Below, in pieces: positions 17,148 through 20,534 of a stretch of 20,534 nucleotides of DNA. The stretch is from Nostoc sp. 'Peltigera membranacea cyanobiont' 232. GTDB lineage: Bacteria > Cyanobacteriota > Cyanobacteriia > Cyanobacteriales > Nostocaceae. The position numbers and the translations under genes are program-made. Each line of letters opens with the position of its first letter. Position 1 is the stretch's first letter. The stretch covers positions 1 to 20,534 of the forward strand of contig NZ_NOLK01000147.1 in assembly GCF_002245985.1 (NCBI RefSeq), written 5' to 3'. The notes beneath the pieces were generated by a model. It saw only the letters and a list, made by a program, of their open reading frames with translations, was not told the origin of the DNA and made no database searches.

Positions 17148-17798
17148 ATGAAAATTGCAGTTTTGAACCAGAAGGGGGGCAGTGGCAAGACCACAGTATC
17201 TATCCATTTGGCTCATGCTTTTTCGATGAGAGGGTATCGAGTATTACTTGTTGATACTGACCCTCAAGGCTCAACCCGTGACTGGGCAGCAGCACGTAAT
17301 GGTGAGGCTCCATTTAGCGTTATTGGTTTGGATCGTCCTATCTTGCATAAAGAATTGCCCAAACTAGCGCAGGGGTATGATTTTGTTTTCATTGATGGTG
17401 CGCCAAGAGTTTCTGACTTAACCAGATCAGCAATCATGGCAGTGGATTTTGTGCTGGTTCCTGTACAACCATCTCCTTTGGATGTGTGGGCAGTGCATGA
17501 GGTAGTAGAACTGGTACAAGAGGCCACTATATATAAGCCAGACCTAACAGCAGCATTTTTAATCAACAGAAAGATAGTGAACACTGCTCTTGGGCGAGAA
17601 GTAACTGAAGTTTTAGGAGAATACCCCTTTCCAGTGTTAAAAGCACAGATAAGTCAAAGGGTAGCATTTGCTGAGTGTTTAAACATTGGTAGTACTGTTT
17701 TGGAAGCTGCCCCGAAAAGTGCTGCCAGTGATGAAGTACGAGCAGTTGTTGAGGAGATATTAGCGGCGAAGGAGGAAACCAATCATGGCAGAAGTTAA
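17148..17798 (+). CDS. parA: ParA-family partition ATPase (deviant Walker A, small type Ib form, ~216 aa from ATG 17148)
   Basis: MKIAVLNQKGGSGKTT, LLVDTDPQGS and FIDGAP are present. The TTG at 17106 in the ORF track is probably not the start. Confidence 0.9.
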   Translation: MKIAVLNQKGGSGKTTVSIHLAHAFSMRGYRVLLVDTDPQGSTRDWAAARNGEAPFSVIGLDRPILHKELPKLAQGYDFVFIDGAPRVSDLTRSAIMAVDFVLVPVQPSPLDVWAVHEVVELVQEATIYKPDLTAAFLINRKIVNTALGREVTEVLGEYPFPVLKAQISQRVAFAECLNIGSTVLEAAPKSAASDEVRAVVEEILAAKEETNHGRS

Positions 17799-18060
17799 AA
17801 AATCACAAAAACTAAGCTTGAGGCCAGGTGTTCAGAAAACGCCTGTAAAAGATGAAGCAGCAGCGTGGGTGGAAAGTCGTAATGGTGCTGAAACTCCTAG
17901 TACTACAGGGACAGAAGAAGTTAACAACGGCAAAAGCAAGCGAGTCACTTTTGAAGTTACCTCAGCACAGCACCAGGAGATTAAAATCCGTGCTACCAAA
18001 AAAGGCATCACCATTAAGGAATATATGATTGCTCTAGTTGAGGAGGAGCTAAAAAGCTAA
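17785..18060 (+). CDS. Small ribbon-helix-helix (ParG/CopG-like) centromere-binding partner of ParA (91 aa)
   Basis: It overlaps parA by 14 nt, with AAGGAGG upstream. The N-terminal half is disordered. The C-terminus KRVTFEVTSAQHQEIKIRATKKGITIKEYMIALVEEEL fits a beta-alpha-alpha RHH fold. Confidence 0.7.
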   Translation: MAEVKKSQKLSLRPGVQKTPVKDEAAAWVESRNGAETPSTTGTEEVNNGKSKRVTFEVTSAQHQEIKIRATKKGITIKEYMIALVEEELKS

Positions 18061-18067
18061 TGTAAGA

Positions 18068-18114
18068 AATTACATTATTACACTTGTATTTATTTACATA
18101 ATTACATTATTACA
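18068..18114. promoter_or_regulatory. Two identical 15-mers AATTACATTATTACA (18068..18082 and 18100..18114) immediately downstream of the par operon
   Basis: The two copies are exact direct repeats 32 bp apart. They share the ATTACA/TGTAAT core with the upstream iterons. Confidence 0.6.
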
Positions 18115-18162
18115 ACTGTTTGGAGATTTCAGACGCAGTTGGCTCTCGTTGGGGTTTGAGTT

Positions 18163-19179
18163 ATGAGTGATTTAACGGTTAATGATGGTTCATATCAGCA
18201 GTTGTTAGATCGCATTGGTGAGTGTTTGGCGTTGGGGCGACAACGGGCTTTTGAGCAGGTTAATTCAGTTTTAGTAGAAACTTACTGGCAGATTGGGCGT
18301 TATATTGTCGAGTTTGAGCAAGCGGGCAAGGAACGGGCAGAATATGGCAGTAAGTTGTTACAGGTGCTTTCACGAGATTTGAAAGCGTTGTATGGTAAGG
18401 GGTTTAGCCGTTCTAATTTGCAGTATATGCGTCTGTTTTATTTGAACTATGAGAATTGCCAAACACTGTCTGGCAAATTGAGTTGGTCGCACTATACGGA
18501 GCTTTTAGCTATTTCGGATGATTTGGCGCGGTCATTTTATGAGCAGCAGTGCATCCAAGATCGCTGGAGTGTGCGGGAGTTGAAACGCCAGAAGGATTCG
18601 GCTTTGTTTGAGCGGGTGGCGTTGAGTAAGGAACGGGCGGAGATTTTGGCACTGGCTAAGGATGGGCAACGGTTCGAGTCGGCGCGGGATGTGGTCAAAG
18701 ATCCTTATGTGTTCGAGTTTTTGGATTTACCAGACCGCAATTATCGTGAGAGTGAGTTAGAAAATCGTTTAATTGCTGAGTTGGAGAAGTTTCTACTTGA
18801 GTTGGGCAAGGGGTTTGCATTTATTGGGCAGCAATACCGAATTACGTTAAACAACACGCATTTTTTTGTGGATTTGGTGTTTTATCATCGCATTCTCAAG
18901 TGTTTTGTCTTAATCGATCTGAAGACGCAAGCGGTAAGTCATCAGGATATTGGACAGATGAATATGTATCTAAATTATTTTCGCGCTGAGGAGAATATGG
19001 AGGATGACAACGAGCCAATAGGGATTGTGTTGGCGCGAGATAAGGATGAGATTTTGGTTGAGTATGCGACGGGTGGTATTTCTAATCAGCTTTTTGTGTC
19101 AAGATATCAACTTTATTTGCCAGATCCGGAGGTTTTAAAGCAGGAGTTAAGGCGGCTTTTGGAGGTAAATGATGGGTGA
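18163..19179 (+). CDS. DUF1016 / YhcG-family PD-(D/E)xK nuclease domain protein (338 aa)
   Basis: The N-terminal helical region is YWQIGRYIVEFEQ...YGSKLL. The C-terminal nuclease core is FVDLVFYHRILKCFVLIDLKTQAVSHQDIGQMNMYLNYF. Confidence 0.85.
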   Translation: MSDLTVNDGSYQQLLDRIGECLALGRQRAFEQVNSVLVETYWQIGRYIVEFEQAGKERAEYGSKLLQVLSRDLKALYGKGFSRSNLQYMRLFYLNYENCQTLSGKLSWSHYTELLAISDDLARSFYEQQCIQDRWSVRELKRQKDSALFERVALSKERAEILALAKDGQRFESARDVVKDPYVFEFLDLPDRNYRESELENRLIAELEKFLLELGKGFAFIGQQYRITLNNTHFFVDLVFYHRILKCFVLIDLKTQAVSHQDIGQMNMYLNYFRAEENMEDDNEPIGIVLARDKDEILVEYATGGISNQLFVSRYQLYLPDPEVLKQELRRLLEVNDG

Positions 19180-19317
19180 TGTTCCCTGCCCCCTCTCAAG
19201 AGATGTCGTCATACTACTATTTAACGACATCCACGCCCAAATCATTAAGGGTTTTTACAAAATATTGACATTTATAGGTAAAGTACTATACCTTTTTTCC
19301 AGATGTGTTGATTGCTC

Positions 19318-19512
19318 ATCGACACCACTCGCCAGAACCTTGAAAACCGCATAACTTCGTTGACTGGTGTCGATTGCTTACACAGCAACGTTTCCAAGCT
19401 GTGAAATCCACTAATTATTGAGAATTTATTGGGAGTTATTGACACTAGAAAAAGTGGTGTCGATTTGGGTATCTCAAACCCTATCTCTGTAAGGTTTCCA
19501 GAAGTGAACTCT
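19318..19512 (+). promoter_or_regulatory. CRISPR leader region containing three copies of the 10-mer TGGTGTCGAT/ATCGACACCA
   Basis: ATCGACACCA lies at 19318..19327, and its exact reverse complement TGGTGTCGAT lies at 19366..19375 and 19455..19464. The region is AT-rich and ends at the first repeat. Confidence 0.4.
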
Positions 19513-19991
19513 CTTTACAAAGTCATTGCCCCGCAAGGGGATGGAAACTCAAAATAACAGCAGAAGAAATCAAGACTACAGTCCACTTTACAAAGTCATT
19601 GCCCCGCAAGGGGATGGAAACCCTTGAACTGGTGGTCTTGCTTGTGCCGGAGGGGTTAACTTTACAAAGTCATTGCCCCGCAAGGGGATGGAAACGCTTT
19701 CTCGCCTGCGTCCTTGCCGATATTGAGACTTTACAAACTCATTGCCCCGAAAGGGGATGGAAACGTGATACGGTCTACGAGCGTCGTCAGAAAATCCACG
19801 TAATATTTTCTAAACCTCTTCCCCTAACGGGGATGGAAACTTGTCAACCGCAGTTTGAACGTCAGTGGGAACCGTCCCATTTTCTAAGACTTATTACCCC
19901 GCAAGGGGATTAAAACGTTGCTGTGTCTTGGTCTGGGTAGTAGATTTGTCCTGAGTTTCGACAACTTATTACCCCTAACGGGGACTATTCG
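19513..19991 (+). CRISPR. CRISPR array with 7 repeats of 36 nt and 6 spacers (37, 38, 33, 40, 40, 39 nt); no cas genes in the window
   Basis: Repeat starts are R1 19513, R2 19586, R3 19660, R4 19729, R5 19805, R6 19881 and R7 19956. R1-R3 read CTTTACAAAGTCATTGCCCCGCAAGGGGATGGAAAC. R4 has 2 mismatches. R5-R7 are diverged but keep the CCCC-nnnn-GGGG hairpin. The 3' end ...GGAAAC and the downstream degeneration put the leader on the left, so transcription is on the plus strand. Confidence 0.85.
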
Positions 19992-20250
19992 CATCAATTT
20001 CTAGCTTTTTATCAGTGTCTAGCTCTACACCATTTCTAGCCACAGGTGACAACATCGACAACGCCGCCGCCGCTCCCAATACCTGAGCGTCAGTCACTTC
20101 CAAATATCTCTGCAACTGTTCTAAATTCCGATGCCCCGAAATTTCCTGTATTACCCTCAAGGGAATACCAGCATTGCTCATCTGGGTTAAGGCAGTACGC
20201 CTGAAGCTGTGGGTCTGGATAGTAAAAGCCCACCCGAAAACGCTTGCTAT
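19975..20250 (-). pseudogene. C-terminal fragment of a tyrosine recombinase/phage-type integrase
   Basis: Extending the ORF-track frame upstream of its Met gives ...GWAFTIQTHSFRRTALTQMSNAGIPLRVIQEISGHRNLEQLQRYLEV. This contains the H-x-x-R box, the GH motif and the catalytic Tyr. The frame is closed by a TAA at 20317..20319, and there is no N-terminal or core-binding domain. Confidence 0.75.
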
Positions 20251-20324
20251 TGCGTTGGTGGGCGGGTAAGGTGGGCAATCTAACCTAAAAATGGGTGATA
20301 GTGTGAGAAGAGATTTTTATACAG

Positions 20325-20534
20325 TCAAGAATTAATGGTTGCTAAAAGTTCTTCTTTTCTTTTTTCTAATTCAGATATTTTTCGCTTCAAACTTCGGATT
20401 TCTGTACTAATTTTTGATAATTCAGCTTTGCACTTTTGAGTTTTTAAATAATCCGACCCATATTTTTCAATGACAAAATCTTCTACCTCATTCCTTAAGA
20501 GTTTGAAGCAGGGATTTCCATATAAAGTGTTGTG
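20325..20534 (-). CDS. 3' end of a gene running off the window (69 codons plus TGA); hypothetical, with a coiled-coil tail
   Basis: My own translation of the minus strand gives HNTLYGNPCFKLLRNEVEDFVIEKYGSDYLKTQKCKAELSKISTEIRSLKRKISELEKRKEELLATINS*. The frame is open to the window edge. No family was recognised. Confidence 0.45.
   Translation of the reverse strand, partial: HNTLYGNPCFKLLRNEVEDFVIEKYGSDYLKTQKCKAELSKISTEIRSLKRKISELEKRKEELLATINS

Noticed and set aside
17264-18014. Minus-strand ORFs 17264..17584 and 17832..18014, and 6439..6705 antisense to res
   Set aside because: They are antisense shadows inside well-supported genes and have no motifs of their own.
19265-19300. TTGACA boxes at 19265 and 19439 as CRISPR leader promoters
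   Set aside because: I could not find a convincing TAnnnT -10 element at 16-18 bp spacing from either box, so no promoter is reported.
19169-19354. 61-aa ORF overlapping the DUF1016 stop codon and extending into the CRISPR leader
   Set aside because: It has no RBS, an odd composition, and lies in AT-rich leader DNA. I treated it as non-coding.
19599-19913. 104-aa plus-strand ORF with a repeated PRKGMET/PARGWKR pattern
   Set aside because: It is a read-through of the CRISPR repeats. The recurring peptide is just the repeat translated.

Overview
This is cyanobacterial (Nostocales-type) accessory DNA and looks plasmid-like. It is about 40% GC, carries about 21 copies of the HIP1 octamer GCGATCGC, and has short dispersed hairpin repeats.

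Left ~12 kb (HIP1-rich):
- a cryptochrome/photolyase gene and a small membrane protein;
- an XRE-HTH gene followed by a Type III-like restriction-modification module in the order res->mod;
- an IS4-type transposase remnant, an AIM24/TIGR00266 gene and a GlsB/YeaQ/YmgE gene.

In the R-M module, res carries an in-frame TAA between its Walker A and DEAH motifs. mod is split by an in-frame TAATAA at the edge of an AT-rich, HIP1-free patch. The whole left block is bracketed by 200-bp direct repeats (1..200 = 11631..11830, one mismatch) whose inner breakpoint lies two bases past a HIP1 site.

Right ~8.5 kb (I saw no HIP1 inside the genes):
- a ~153-aa helical protein with a hydrophobic N-terminus, 4 nt upstream of a 1035-aa NB-ARC + 13-14xTPR STAND NTPase;
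- a ~55-62% GC foreign cassette encoding a secreted protein, flanked by 67-bp direct repeats;
- a type Ib parA/RHH partition locus with TGTAATT-type iterons on both sides;
- a DUF1016/YhcG PD-(D/E)xK nuclease;
- a cas-less 7-repeat CRISPR array, a tyrosine-recombinase remnant and a partial ORF running off the window end.

The small protein plus NB-ARC/TPR pair is my best candidate for an under-described system. The tail of the small protein and the N-terminus of the NTPase share a short QVV...G-[DN]-h-x-Q motif, which resembles an NLR/effector prion-like signalling pair.

All family calls are motif recognition by eye. No database searches were run.
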